The translations under genes and the position numbers were made by a program. A DNA stretch of 64,000 bases from Macrostomum lignano (taxonomy: Eukaryota): contig NIVC01003805.1 in NCBI GenBank assembly GCA_002269645.1, forward strand, positions 1 through 64,000. The letters run 5' to 3'. The notes beneath the pieces were generated by a model. That model was given only the letters and a program-made list of their open reading frames with translations, ran no database searches and was not told where the DNA came from. Shown piece after piece: positions 10,600-23,286 of the stretch (the stretch's first letter is position 1; each line of letters opens with the position of its first letter).

Positions 10600-13135
10600 T
10601 ACGACTTTTCCTATCACCCCGCCCCCAGCACAAATGTACATTATTCAACAGTCTGCCTCTCGCCTGCGCCAGCGTACACCCGCTGTTATTCTTCGTCCCC
10701 TGTTATCGATCTCATAAGAAAGACCTCTTTCGCTCTCTTTAAAATCGCTTAAATCACTGTGTTAAGAAGTTTAGGAGTGTAGCCGTGTAGGACAGGAGTA
10801 TTTCGCTAAAATCGCATTTAAAGCAAGACAATGATTCAACAACAGATTATCATTGCATTAAGGAACCAGGCTAACCAGATGCGCGCACTCACTCGAGCTA
10901 TTTGGCACTCCAGTCAAAATTCAATGGCTCTACACAGCCGCTGAGTCGCACTTCAAAGCACCAGTTGCAGTCCGCACCATTCAGTGGCACTGAAAAACCA
11001 GTCGGACTGCTAACAGCAACAAAGTTGTTGTTGTGTTCATCTATTCGCTAGTATCGTGGGTTGTTCGCTGCTACAAGTTTTGGTAGGTTTAAATTGCCTA
11101 TGTGAATATTTCAACTCATGTTCTCCAGTTTTGTTTCATTGTTTCATCCTTTTTAACATCAGCGCATCGCGCGCGGCTCGATCAAGAACGCCACCGCAGT
11201 CGCCTTCAATCTCAGCAAGTGGACAACCAACCCAAGAGACAGGTCTGCACTATCCCCGCGGATCGACCCCTCAACGCGAATGGCACGCGATTCCCCTGCA
11301 GAGTATCAATGAGGGACGAGAGTCGCCAAACCAAACTGGAGAGTCAATAGAATTAGATAGCGTTCCATCGCAGCGGATGCAAGGCCTCACTGCCCAGGCT
11401 CTGGTGTGATAGGAACCACAATTTATTGAACTACAAGACAAGACGAGGGTAAGATAAGACAGGATGAGATACATGTACGACAGGGTGATAAAAAGAACGT
11501 ATAGACGACCGAAATAATCATTTTAGGTTCAGTTCCTAAAATCATGTAAAAATGAATTGTTGGCATCATACTACTAAATTGCATAAGTAGAGTAGTTTGC
11601 GAAAATACAGTGTAAGCAATAGTTACTAGATTGGCATTTCCAATGGAACGGTACTAACAACAACACGGTGCAAATTTTTTTACATTTTTTTAATATTTTT
11701 GTATCTGCGATCAGCAGACCCCGCCTATCTTCTGTAACTCTTCATACTGCTTAAATTTATTTTAAATTGTAGCTTAATGCTTAAATGTAATTTCCGTGTG
11801 CTTGATGCTATGTCATTTGCCCATTCTTCATTTTTAACACTTTATCGCCATCGATGCTAACTTTCCCATTATTATTTGGGAAATTTAAATTTAAATTTTA
11901 GAATTTTAAATTTATTTGCGGTTTACTCGTTTTACTATAGATAAAAAATACACAAGAAACTATAAAACAGCGTACGTACATCAGTTGTTTTTCAAAGATT
12001 ATATGCTATTAAATTACATCAAAGTTCAATGTTCCGATCAAACCTCAGTTCAGTTAATTGTCTGTCGTTAGATCAAAATACTCCTCTGTCTTTATCCCAG
12101 CACTTCTTCCATCGTCGATGTTTAACCGATAGCCGTCCCTCCCGGTACTCGTCGACACCAGAACGATCTCCACGCGTACATTTCCTCTTTCATATATTCC
12201 GACCGTACCTTCGTAGCCAGGTGGGGTCTGTTAAATACCCCGTTTTTTTGGCTGGAAGAGGTAGAAATGTAAAACATTACTGTAAGATCGTTTAAAGATA
12301 TTTGTTAAACATAAAGTCGAATATATAACTGTGCTCACCTTCTTTGACGTACCGCTCAGCTAAGGCTTTTTGTTGAGCCGTCTTGTCCATAGCTTTGCTG
12401 GATAAAAATAATCTTTTTATCTTTATATTCAAAAATTCTTTTGGAACGCGGCTAATTTGGATTTGTTAGACTGCATCCCCTCTCCTTTTATATAGAGTTG
12501 CTGTTATCGAACGGAGCGTGCGGTTGTTTGATTCTGAAGGAATGAGCGATCAGCCCCATCATCTTTATCCCTTGCTACAACTGTCTTCTTCGTCTTAACC
12601 CCACTAACTTTTATATATACAACAGCTGACACAGTTCCCCTAGTGGCATTTTCAGCCTTGGCACCAACTGTTTCAGTCTTGACTGCATTTATCATCCCCC
12701 TTTCCATTAGTAGACCATTCCTATTTAAAGGATTTCTAAGAAGACCAACTGTCATTCGCCATTAAAATGAAAAAATTATCGTCTTGCTAATTGCATGCAA
12801 AATTTGAAAAAATCTGGGCGCGGGTTGTCCCTTTGACATTTTGGTAAAAGCATGCGGAATGTTGTTTTTTCATCCGGGCTACAGCTGCATGCCATTTGCT
12901 GAGGCTTATATAAGGGACTAGTCCCACAGCCGCCTAGCAACAACGAAGTGTCTCGAAGGAGGCCCTCGAATGCAAGGATGCCGCAATTATCTTCGGCAGG
13001 GCAGAAAAGTGGAACAAACACGAAAACGGACTGCGAACTCTGGCCTGGAGACCCAGTTCTACATGCCGGGAGCTGCTGCCGCTCGTTTTTCAGACCACAA
13101 AGCCGGTAGAGGTCTTTCGCGGCATCACCCGAATA
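10600..13135. repeat. Segment duplicated in inverted orientation at 41.6-46.0 kb (in pieces)
   Basis: 10600-11425 ~ rc(45150-45976); 11640-11880 ~ rc(44905-45125); 12500-13135 ~ rc(41615-42270). 11910-12500 is also a diverged direct repeat of 4625-5225. Confidence 0.9.
12054..12390 (-). pseudogene. Small two-exon orphan gene B, copy 2 (1-nt deletion in exon 2)
   Basis: ATG 12390, exon 1 MDKTAQQKALAERYVKE; GTGAGC donor; TTACAG acceptor (intron 12280-12338). After correcting one deletion, exon 2 ends VEIVLVSTSTGRDGYRLNIDDGRSAGIKTEEYFDLTTDN*. Confidence 0.55.
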
Positions 13136-13470
13136 TAAGTTTCCTAGTTGGCCGCAAACTAAGAACCTTACATATGATTAATAGTAATTCAAACGAGGTA
13201 GAATATGCTTGGATGTTATTTACCGATCAACCATATAATTATATTTACTACTGCATTTTCAACGTTTGTATTAATAAGTAAATAAGCAAATAAGCGAGCT
13301 ACAAGCTACAAGCAGGGAGAATAAGTCTGAGACACTACGGTATAACTAAGCTACTCAAATACTCCTATTAATCTATATTATATATATATATAAATTACGC
13401 CTATCTACCTGGTCTGAGACCGATACGCTACTATTCATAAATCTATAGTCATGGCAGTGCTCAGTCTTAC
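13135..13470. repeat. Dispersed repeat shared with 51052-51440
   Basis: Both copies start ATATAAGTTTCCTAG..GCAAACTAAGAAC..ACATATGATTAA and end AGTGCTCAGTCTTACC; the middles are diverged. Confidence 0.55.
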
Positions 13471-14130
13471 CCTCCGGTCACAGGGGTCTGCAGAAGCGGT
13501 CGTCGTGATTTAGAAACTATTAAGCAATCCAAAAGTTAATACAAGGCGTGTAAAAGAGAGTGAAAAGAGAGTGAGAAAAGGGGTAAAGTTTTTAGCATTT
13601 AACCCCTCGCTTATTTATAGTAAATTTCCCCGATGAAGTCCCTGTGAAACTGTCTGCGTTATCATTTCCCACGTCTTCCAGCCACCGCGCAATTCCGGCC
13701 GATTCTCACGGTTCCCCTTTCTCGTGCGATTACTGAAATGCCTCTGTTAAAAATGTAATTGAACCCCGCCCCACATAAAGCATACAACCCCTCTAAAGTG
13801 GAAGCAGACTTTTAGGGCGGCCTGCACTCGCCCTTTGCAATGCCGTCATCAAGCACTTGTGGCTTTTTGTAAGAGTGCAGCTGTCCACAACTGCTACACT
13901 CCACCACGCTCTGATAACAATGCAATTCCATAATTATTGCCTAATTTAGTCCCTAATACTACTTCCTAAAATAGTCCCTAAATAGTCCCTAAGGCCTACA
14001 TGCATATGAAATTGAATCCTTATAATCACCATACAGAACATTAGGTGCTGCATGACGGTGACGCGCTCTGCATCAACTGATAACTTGCCACAGAGCAGCG
14101 GTGCGGGAGGAATCACCGATACAAAAACCG

Positions 14131-15369
14131 ATGGCAGCGAAAAAGAGACCTCCGATGCGAAAGGCGAAACACCAGAGCCGGCAGCTGTCCGAAAACGCAA
14201 AAGAACGGACTAGAAAGAACAACTCGCTAGACGTCAAGAACTTCTTAGACAGACAATTTTACGATTTGGACCGCCCTACTGCTTTTGCGGGAAGTAAGCA
14301 ACAGCTATTAAGATATGTTAAAATCCAGTTTCCGTCACTAGCATCTAAACGAGCGGCAGAAATCGTTGATGAATGGGCCCGGGATACCAAAGAATATAAC
14401 CTATTTCGCAAAACTAAACGAATATTCAAAACCCACAGAATTGGTGTACCACATATCCCTGGTTTTCAATTCCAAATCGATCTGGCTGATCTCCCTCAAT
14501 AAAAGTCAGAAAACAAGGGATACCGCTACATCCTCGTTTTGATCGATTGTTTCACTCGCGAAATACGTCTGCGACCTCTACGAACAAAAACTGCTAAAGA
14601 GGTGGGCGCCGCACTTGAAAATCTGTTTCGTGAAGGCTTCCGACCTCTCTATCTTCAGGGTGACGCGGGAAAGGAGTTCCTAGGGCGTGAAACTCAAGCT
14701 GTACTAAAACGTGCGGGTGTACGCTCTTTTGTTAGCCAAAGCAATTACAAGGCTGCGATCGCTGAAAGGTCAATCCGTACTCTGAAAGAGCGGCTCAGCC
14801 GTTATTTTCGGGCTCGAAACCTAGAACGCTGGTATGACATTCTACCCCAAATGGAACGAAATTTGAACTCAAGCCCTCACCGGGCGCTGTTTGGTCAGAG
14901 TCCTCACAACACGGCGGTGGATCCGCGTCTACAAGGAATCATCGGGTCTGAGATTATAGAGCATGAAGCCTCGCAGCAGCCTCTATCAACACTAAAGGTA
15001 GGAGACTGGGTAAGAATCGCTCGACAGCGGGGTGCCTTCGAGAAGGGCTATTCGACAGTGTGGAGCAACATCGTGTTTCGGATCCGTGCTACGAATCCTC
15101 GCCGAGCAGCGTCGTATAAACTAGAGAATCCGGAAGACGGAAATAGCACACTAGAGGGTTACTTCAATGAGGGAGAACTACAGCGTGTAGCAAAAGAAAA
15201 TACGGAGCCGTCAGTCATCGAGCGTGTAGACGCTTACGAACAAGACTCAGACGGTCAGCGGCGGTATTTAGTGAAATGGCAAGGAGTTGAGGCCTTTAGG
15301 AATCAGTGGTTGAAAGAAGGCGAGTTGGATGAGCGAACTCGACGGCTTTTTCCTCGCGTTTATAAGTAA
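14131..15369 (+). pseudogene. Maverick rve integrase with C-terminal chromodomain (element 2); one in-frame TAA at 14500-14502
   Basis: FYDLDRPTAFAGS, FQIDLADL (D), LQGDAGKEF (D), AIAERSIRTLK (E), LKVGDWVRI..FEKGY..WS; chromodomain IERV...YLVKWQG..NQWL. The two ORFs share a frame. Confidence 0.92.
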
Positions 15370-15406
15370 ACTGTGAAATTGGAACATAATAACAATTAAA
15401 AATTTG

Positions 15407-15869
15407 ATGGATCCAATATACCGATTCTATTCTGGACCCACTCAAAGCCGGGGAGGATCCTCCGCCCGAGCGATTCCGATCTACGAAGGCTATGGATTCT
15501 TTTCCAACCTCTCTAATCGAGTATTGATCCCAGTTATGCGGAGTGCGGAAAAGGATCTTTTGGCACGGGGCTTGGAATACCTATCAGGCACTAGCAAACG
15601 AGACAACAAACGTTAATCGCAAACGAAAGCACACGGGAGGCGGTTACAAGATGGCGAGCGCAGCAGTTCCCACAAAACGCAGCCGAAAAAAACGTCCCCG
15701 GAAGACTATAAACAAACGGGGTAAGAAAGCTCGCACTCGTGGAAAACCGGCAAAAACCCAGCGAGGAAAGGGTCTAACCAAGAAGAAGCGACGAAGGGTG
15801 AAGAAAAAGCGGAATCGCAAGGGCGTTGCTGCTAAATCGCTGTTTAGTTTCCTGGAAAACCGAAAATGA
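15407..15869 (+). CDS. Putative Maverick virion core/DNA-condensing protein(s), probably frameshifted
   Basis: IYEGYGFFSNLSNRVLIPVMRS resembles the small Polinton Y.G.G..F..L.R..P ORF, followed by an extremely K/R-rich tail with QRGKG. Lies between the integrase and MCP; the stop overlaps the MCP start (ATGA). Confidence 0.5.
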
Positions 15870-18008
15870 ACCAGTTGCTTGGCCCTGACAGTGTAGTACT
15901 AAAAAGCGAATTGGCCCTTTTTGATGCAGCTGCTGTACAGTACAGTGTAGTGGACAGCCAGTATACCCACATTCAGCCGCAACACGGACTCTCAAAAGGT
16001 GCCCCAATCGAGTTCGAATGATGTGTTCCTTATTACCAGTCTTTTGATAATCAAGGAACCACCACTTCTAGCTATTTAGCTAGGCAGCCCAGTTATCAAC
16101 AAGGTATTACTTACCTCGACTTTCCTCAGAGATATCTCTTCTTAATTCGCGCGGTAGATTCTCGTTGATCTCGTCTGTAGATCCTTCGGCGATCGCGTAG
16201 ACCAGGTTCTGTGTGTCTCCGGTTTCGGGCCCTTTGCTTCTTCTTTACTTCCGATGAAGTAACTTCCGGTCGGTAATGTAGTCAGGGCCAATCAGATTCT
16301 TCTTGTCGACAATGGGATCCCTGCGCCAAATATAGCGGTTTCTCTTAAGCCTTCTTCTTCTAGTGGTGCTTCTCTGCACTCTACTAGGTATGCTCCGGAT
16401 ATCGCTAGTAGGTCCTCTACGATCTACTAGGGTAGTCCTTCGGGAGACTACGACCACAGGAGTCTCAACAGACTCAAAAGTCTCAATAGACTTAATTAAA
16501 CTCAAGTCTCAAAAGACAAGAGCGAGCCGGCTCTAACAACAATAGGCGTAATTAAGAAAGGCTTACCGCAACTATCATACCAAGTCTTAGTTGACTGGTT
16601 AACTAGTATGTCGCCCTATCGACACACTCTTCGGAGCGCTCCTCTTCCGTGGGGAGAATGACTCCGGTGCCGCTCTGGGCCACTTATATTTATAGGCATT
16701 TTGTCCATGAGTCACGTGTTGCGCTGTAAGGTGAAATAAGATTGATTGTGGTTAAATATAGTAACATGACTCATGCTGTTACTATAAATAGTAACATGAA
16801 TCATTCTGATGCTAAAAATAGTAACATGAATCACTATGTCGCCACATGTTGCAACATGATTCATCCGCTATAAATAGCCACATGATTCATACGCTATAAA
16901 TAGCAACTTACATCATTTTCTATCTTAAGTGCGCATGCATGCACTTGCTTACTTACTGTAGTATCTATGATTTTTACTTTTTACTTTTATCGGGAGGTAG
17001 AACACTCTACACGAAGTCGTCTCCGCAGGGGATGCACTCTACCTGGATCTACAAGAGACGATTCTAAATCTGGCCATACGTGTACGAGACTCGGACGGAG
17101 TAACCGCTGATGCGACGAAGAACAACGTAGCGCTGACTAATTTGCATATCGCGAGCCTGTTCCGCGATGTACAACTAACTATTGGAGACACTGTAGTCGA
17201 AGGCGGAACCTTCATGTACCCCTACAAAGCCATGCTACTGACGCTTTTAGAATATGGATCGGATGCTCAAACCTGTGGTCTAACGCCTTGGGGTTTCTAC
17301 AAAGACACAGCTGGACAAATGCATTCAGCCGGCGACGCGAACGTTGGCGCTAAACGCCGACGCGCATTGATAGCAGGGGGTCGAGAGTGCCGCTTATCGG
17401 GGCCCTTGTTCTTGGATATGTGCCGCCAGCCGCGGTTTCTGTTGTCTAAAACTCCTGTGCGAATAAAATTGATTCCGTCTTCCGCTGCCTTCGCCCTCAT
17501 GGTCGGTGCGATAGGTGAAAACCCGCTAAAGAGCTACGAGATAGAGGTGCTAAAGGCCGAGCTCCGTGTACGCTACGTATCCCCCTCGCCGAGTGTACTC
17601 GCTGCGCACGCTGCGGGGTTGAAACAGCACAATGCCATCTATCCAATAAATCAGCTACAGATGAGCACGTTTACTGTTACGAGTGGTACGTCTAGCTACA
17701 CACGTGAAAATCTCTTCCCAAGCGGCGTTCCGAAACTTCTACTTCTGGCCTTTGTGAGCAACAAAGCGTTCAATGGAAGTGTGGACACAAACCCGTTTAG
17801 ATTCGAACACGCCAACCTGAGCAGTTTGGGGGTGTTTGTCAATGGGGAGCTGGCGCACAGGTATATAAAGAGGGCAATGTACGATTAGAACTACGCTTCG
17901 CGACTGCCACGGACAAAGTCTACAACGTCATCGTGGGCGGACTATTCGACAAGCAGCTGCATCTGACGGAGTTCCGCGACGTGGTACCTGGATCTGTATG
18001 GAAGTAGA
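15866..18008 (+). pseudogene. Maverick double-jelly-roll major capsid protein, split by solo LTR L4
   Basis: 15866-16018 encodes MNQLLGPDSVVLKSELALFD..GAPIEFE. The frame resumes at 17016 with VVSAGDALYLDLQETILNL..SLFRDV..YPYKAMLLTLLEY..LPKLL..AFNGSVDTNPFRFEH..VNG. C-terminal RLELRFA..YNVIVGGLFD follows an internal deletion/frameshift. Confidence 0.9.
16019..17011 (-). mobile_element. Solo LTR, family L, copy L4
   Basis: TG...CA ends; TSD CGAA at 16015-16018 and 17012-17015. Removing it restores the MCP frame. Confidence 0.93.
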
Positions 18009-18591
18009 TAACACTACTATTCTATCTGGCGTAACTAATGTGTTTTTGCGCTCGGTCTGCCTAAAACTATTGCGTATTTATCCTGATGCAGTTTTTATGG
18101 GAGTTTACCCAAGCAATTCTCTACCAACGATCCCTACTCTAAACACGAGTCCGTACTTTCAAGACACGCGTAACTATTTTTTCATCGTAAACACGGACCC
18201 CAGGAATTTGCCCGGAAAACACTGGGTTGCTGTCTGGGTCTGTGCAGGCCCTATTGGCGCTGTTAGACGAGCTAGGATAGGTGAATAATTTGATCCGCTA
18301 CGTTTGCACCCGCTGCCTGAAATCTCCCAGTGGATGAGCCGAAATTGTGGAGATCCAAAAAACTGGCGTTACACGCGCTATGCAGTGCAGGATCCCCGTA
18401 CCGCCCACTGTGGAGCCTGGATTCTGTTCTATCTGTTTTTTAAACTTGCTAGTGGAAATGATCTAAATTCGTTCATCCACTGGGTGATGCGACAACATGG
18501 TCGGGCTCGCAGCAGCCCTTTCTCGCGCGCGTTTTCCTCTCTGAGCCTTTTTCTCAAGCATGTTCTTCAACCCCTACTGCGCCGCCGGTAA
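17998..18591 (+). pseudogene. Maverick adenain-like cysteine protease; one in-frame TAA at 18286-18288
   Basis: FIVNTDP.NLPGKHWVAV (His), GE*FDPL (Asp), AVQDPRTAHCGAW (Gln/Cys). Confidence 0.9.
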
Positions 18592-18804
18592 AAAGCTAGC
18601 GTTTCACTGTTTTAATGCAAGCTTGACCTGATAGTTTTTTATCCAGACAAAAAATATAAAAGCTTTCATCTACAAACGAACTGATTCACAAAAGCATTGT
18701 GCCAATAGAGCGATGCGTGTGTATGTGCCTTTTTTTGGCTGTGACACAGACGGTCGTGGCATTGAACGACCACGTATGTAGAAGAAAGAGTGAGGCTAGA
18801 AAGA

Positions 18805-18995
18805 ACATGACGGGGACGAGATTTGGTAACGCGCCTGTGCAGGATGGAAATTCATCGTCTATAACCTAGAACTTTGTATTAGTTTTGCTATGCAAAAACA
18901 GGCTATGCACGTATCCCCATTGAACTAGTGCTTGGAACTTCCTATTGATTTCGCCATGTAAAAACGAGCTATGGGCGTAAAAAACGCTTACTACT
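18805..18995 (+). repeat. Probable Maverick terminal inverted repeat end (...ACTACT-3')
   Basis: Follows the protease gene and ends AAAAAACGCTTACTACT. Homology to 46535-46725 stops exactly after ACTACT in both copies, matching the known Polinton AGTAGT/ACTACT terminus. Confidence 0.6.
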
Positions 18996-19386
18996 TATAA
19001 TTTTTCATTCTCAACTAACTCCATGTATGAAATGAAATCTTGTTAATCTTAATCGTTAAACTGTCTTGGTCTTTAGACTCTGTTATTCACTCAAAGGCTC
19101 GTAGAGAAAATTACTACATCTAGGTTTAAGCTCGCCGTATTAGTTCTAGTGTAAGATCTAAACACTGTTCTAAGTTTGCCGTGCCACATAATACGTATTA
19201 AGCATTGGATAGAAACTTTAGTATTGCACAAATTAAGAACACGGTATTATAATCGCATTGAAGTAACACTGAAAGCGATTAATATTTATTTTCACATACA
19301 TTCGCACATGCTCAATGCAACGGGCTTGCATTCTCTGTAACGGCTGTAACGTTATTAGTTATTAGGCGGGCGCGTAAACACAATGC

Positions 19387-20267
19387 TTAAAATTCACAGA
19401 GGCCCGAGTCCGAGTCAGAAGTCGCCCGTCGAATAGGCGGACCAGGCCTATTCTCTCTAACCAGTATGCGCAATGGACCATAAAGCGAAGGCTCTTCGGC
19501 GATGATTACCCAATTCTCGCCGTTACTACGCACCCGTCCATGCCCGCGCCCATCAAGAGGGCGATGTCGGGCGTAGACGTGAGATGCGTTAAGAAATGGG
19601 TACCAGCGAGGATTGTCGCCGCTCATAGCGCCTTCGCTCCGGCTAGGTCTATCCCGTGACTGTCGACAAACACGAGCCTCGACGGAGCCAATCTCACGAT
19701 GGCTGCCGCCCCCCGCGACGCTCTCGCTTGGTCTAGAAGGCTCGCTCACCAAGTCGGACTGCACAGCGCTTCCGCCGCCCACGGCACCCTCGCCCAGGAC
19801 GGAAGACTCGAGCATCGCAGCGGTCGGTCGAACATCCTCGCCAGAATCACTTTGAAGGCTAGATTCAACATCGCTGTCTCCGCCCGCAGCGCCATATATA
19901 TTATTCCACAGGGCCCTCGCCCACGTCCACGCACTCGACACCCACGTCCACGGTGCCCAGCGTCCATGATCACCCTGCGGTTCAGGACTGATGGCATCTG
20001 CGGAGGAAATTCGCAACACTAGATGTTTATTTCAATGAGGATAAATTAAAGAATAACCAAGCAGGTACCAAACTTACCCTCTTCAGGGATCCGGCATAGT
20101 TCATTTAAGTAGTCGGCATCCGGAAACTCGTCAAACTCCGGAAATTGCGACGAACTATTAAAATATAAAGTATCTATATGGTGTCCATTTCGCGAACGCG
20201 AACGGCCCCGTCTAGGGTCGTTAACAGCTTCAGCAGCGCGTCCGAAATGATTTAGATTCTCGCTCAT
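19387..20267 (-). CDS. Two-exon orphan gene C, 273 aa, apparently intact
   Basis: Exon 1 20078-20267 (MSENLNHF..IPEE), GTAAGT donor, 59-nt intron, CTAG acceptor, exon 2 19387-20018. The phase-1 junction joins the two tracked ORFs in frame. A second copy starts at 42483 on the plus strand. Confidence 0.6.
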
Positions 20268-20814
20268 AACTCAAACAAAATTTAAGAAGTTAAGCTATAT
20301 TGATATTGCTATACAATAGAGATTGCGCTTTTTTAGAGTGTATCCTCTCGGATACAGCTCCCTTGCCGTCTAAGCTTATATCGAAAGTGAAGTTCTTTGT
20401 TTAGGATTGGCTATATTTACCGTCTTTATTCTTCACAACAGAGTGGGTCATCACGGCCAGCAACCCAACCGATATCGAACGGAGCGTGCGGTTGACTGAT
20501 TCTGTAGGAATGAGCGATCACCCCCATCTTCTTTATCTCTTGTTTCAACTGCCTTCTTCGTTTTAATCCCACTAAATTTTGTATATACAACAGCTGACAC
20601 AGTTCCCCTAGTGGCATTTTCAGCCTTGGCACCAACTGTTTCAGTCTTGACTGCATTTATCATCCCCCTTTCCATTAGTAGACCATTGATATTTACAAGA
20701 TTTAGAACGGTTATGTATTCAGTTGAGCTTTTCGCTCTCGCGTAATAACTTTTATAGCTTCCTTCCTCACCAATGAGTGGACTCCGAGTAAGAGATTCAA
20801 TGCTATGGAAATCA

Positions 20815-21198
20815 CTATCCTTCCCGCGCATTATTTTCCACTGATCGAAGCCATAGACATGCATGAAATGTGAAGGTAAACGGATCGCTAATTGACTCGC
20901 GCCACCGTTTCGGAGATACCACAGGTACTGCCGCTCTTCCGGGCGACAAAGCAGATAGACTTCCAGGTCGCCTCCCTGCCAAAATTTTTGTTATTTTATG
21001 CTGCCTATCGGAGGCAGCATAACCAATGTTTTTTATAGCACCTCTGCACAAAAGCTCGACTAAAGCGACCTCGTACGCGTTCGCGGTCCCATAACGTCCG
21101 ATAAGGTTCAAAGAATTTTTCAATCGCACACGAAACTCGTTTGGAGTGTTGGATGGATAGCTTTTGTCGTTTGAGGGAAGAAAAACGTAGAAACTCAT
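20815..21198 (-). pseudogene. Maverick minor capsid (penton) protein, N-terminal part
   Basis: MSFYVFLPSN..YPSNTPNEFRVRLKNSLNL....YEVALVEL matches the Polinton minor capsid N-terminus. Lies directly downstream of the ATPase; the distal part is degraded. Confidence 0.75.
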
Positions 21199-21247
21199 GA
21201 TTGTTTCCTTGGTGGCGATGGTTCAGTCTTGAAACAACATGGCTTGC

Positions 21248-23008
21248 TTATAACCCAGGCGCCTTTAGCTCTCTGTTGCCAGGCCCACCATAGGCTATCA
21301 TCAGCTCTCCCGCAAACACGCCTGTTCGAAGTCGCAAGAAATCTGGCGTATCCTGACGCAAGTCGATAAGTAGATATGAGTACGGTTTTCCATCGGTTGC
21401 TTCTTCGTAGACTTGGACGAGATAGTTACTTTTTTTGGATACATCTGTTTCCCAAGATTCAAAACTGCGGTTCGATCTCGTACCGAGCGGGTTAAACAGA
21501 TGTAGCTTGTAGATAAGCTTCTTGTTCGTGCCTCCGCGTCTGAACGGCTGAACAGATTCTGGCATAGGTGCGCTCGTATATGCAATTTAATGGGAAATGG
21601 TGGGCGTGTTTGGTGAAGACAGCTGTGAAGTCGGCGGATTTAGCAATCTCACTTTGCAGATCGTCAACAACCAAAAGATCACCCGATCGTAAGCTCCCCA
21701 ACAATGCGCCCGTAAAACCCCGAATAAAATGTTGATGTGTTCCTTATTACCCGACTTTTGGTAATCAAAGAACACTCACTTCTAGCTCAGTAGCTAGGCA
21801 ACCCAGTCAACAGAAGGTATTCAACTACCTCGAGTCTTTAAATGAGAGCTCTCGTCAATACTCCTTGTTCGTTGATCTCGCTATCAGTAGCGTTCCTGTC
21901 CTTCAGGAATTCCGGGCGCCGGTCAACAGTTGATTTGGTCCGCTCTGGCAGTTGTCTCCTTGACTTCTTGCCGGCCGGTAATCTGTAGTTCGGACCAATC
22001 GGGAGCTTCCAAACTAACAATAGGTACCCTGCGCCAAACTGCGATTTAATATAAGCCTACTCCTTCTAGTAGTGCCTCTATGCATTCTAAGTATGGCTCC
22101 GGAAACCACTGATAGTCCTCTAAGATCTATCAGGGGCAGTCCTTCTGGAGACTGCAACCAGTAGAGTCTAAACAGACTCAGGAGTCTCAACAGACTCACA
22201 ATAAACTCAAGTCACTCTTGGACTTGAGCGAGACGTCTCTAACAACAACGGCGCAAATGAGTAAGGCTTACCGCAAGAACTCGACCACGTCTTCGAGTTG
22301 CTTCAGGAAGTCTGCTGCAGAGCTTCCTCTTCGGAGCTTTCTCTCTCGGAGATTTTTTGTGTCTCCGGGTCCGTTCCGGACCACTTGTATTTATAGGCAA
22401 ATGGATCCCCATGAGGTCACGTGGGTCCAACTCTTCAGCTGTCAGAAAGGTCACGGTTTGGTTGCTGTCAAACTTGGCAGGGTAGAAAGTTACTCCATTG
22501 GTTCAGTGTAAAAGCGCGTGATTGGTCATCGCATTCGAGTTATTTTTAGTTACATTTGATTGGGTCACGTGCGTATGGTTGAATGATGCATCTTTCCTGG
22601 GGTCTGCGTTTGACAAGTACAGGTTACACGTGATTGGGTGATTTCTAAATTTAGCATGCTCGAAGGTCTCTCTTTTCCTATTGGTTAGTCAGAATCTACG
22701 CATAGATCAAAGCATACCTTTATTCATGCTCTTCAATTTACTACTAAATAAAATGTGTGAGTAGTATCTTAACACTTTTATGTCTTCTTTTACGGGAGGT
22801 AGAACACTCTACACGTGCCGTCTGGCAGATCGATACTTATTCCGGTATCGAGTACACACCAGCTTTGCGCAGTTATGGTTTTTTCTCCAAGCTGGCTAGA
22901 TCGTAGCCAACCGATCGCTCGGTCGCCCGTTGCGGAATCTTTGCTCCGGGCTTCCTCCAAGAAGATTTGCAGCTTCTCGTCCACTGAAGAGCAGCCGGTC
23001 GAGTCCAT
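21248..23008 (-). pseudogene. Maverick FtsK/A32-like packaging ATPase, split by LTR L5 and frameshifted
   Basis: HFIRGF..LLVVDDLQ (Walker B)..FTKHAHH..CQNLF..RTRSLSTSY..RDR..YEEAT.GKPYSYLLIDLRQDTPDFLRLRT. The part at 22814-23008 joins in frame (DLPDGT|HFIRGF) but shows no clear Walker A. Confidence 0.82.
21733..22813 (-). mobile_element. Solo LTR, family L, copy L5
   Basis: TG...CA ends. Flanks rejoin as AAAATG|CGTGCC, but the left TSD copy is eroded. Confidence 0.88.
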
Positions 23009-23286
23009 GTTGCGCAGTGTGCAGATAGAGCTGGAACAGAGATTGGGGTGAGGTGTTTGTTAGTTTCTTGTAGAGGTTTAAAATATCGTTTTCGCTTTAC
23101 TTATAATGCTAAAGCCACCCAAGCTACTTCCCTCCTCGTATCTGCCGCAGAAAAACAAATTGACTAGAACTCTAACAGTTTAGCAAGATTAGTAGTAGAC
23201 CAAGTTTTCGCTGTCGCTATATTTGGTCAAATCACGGCATAGCGCACACTCATCAATACTTGGTTTAAAAAAGTCAAAGCGATAGA

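Noticed and set aside
16019-17011. Family L as a DNA transposon/MITE because of its imperfect terminal inverted similarity
   Set aside because: TG...CA ends, 4-bp TSDs, an internal TATA box, an adjacent PPT (L3) and PBS-gag (L8) fit an LTR.
22814-23100. Walker A motif of the packaging ATPase (SSQLGEKT or DSTGCSSV)
   Set aside because: Neither fits GxxxxGKT/S cleanly and the spacing to Walker B looks short, so it is not claimed.
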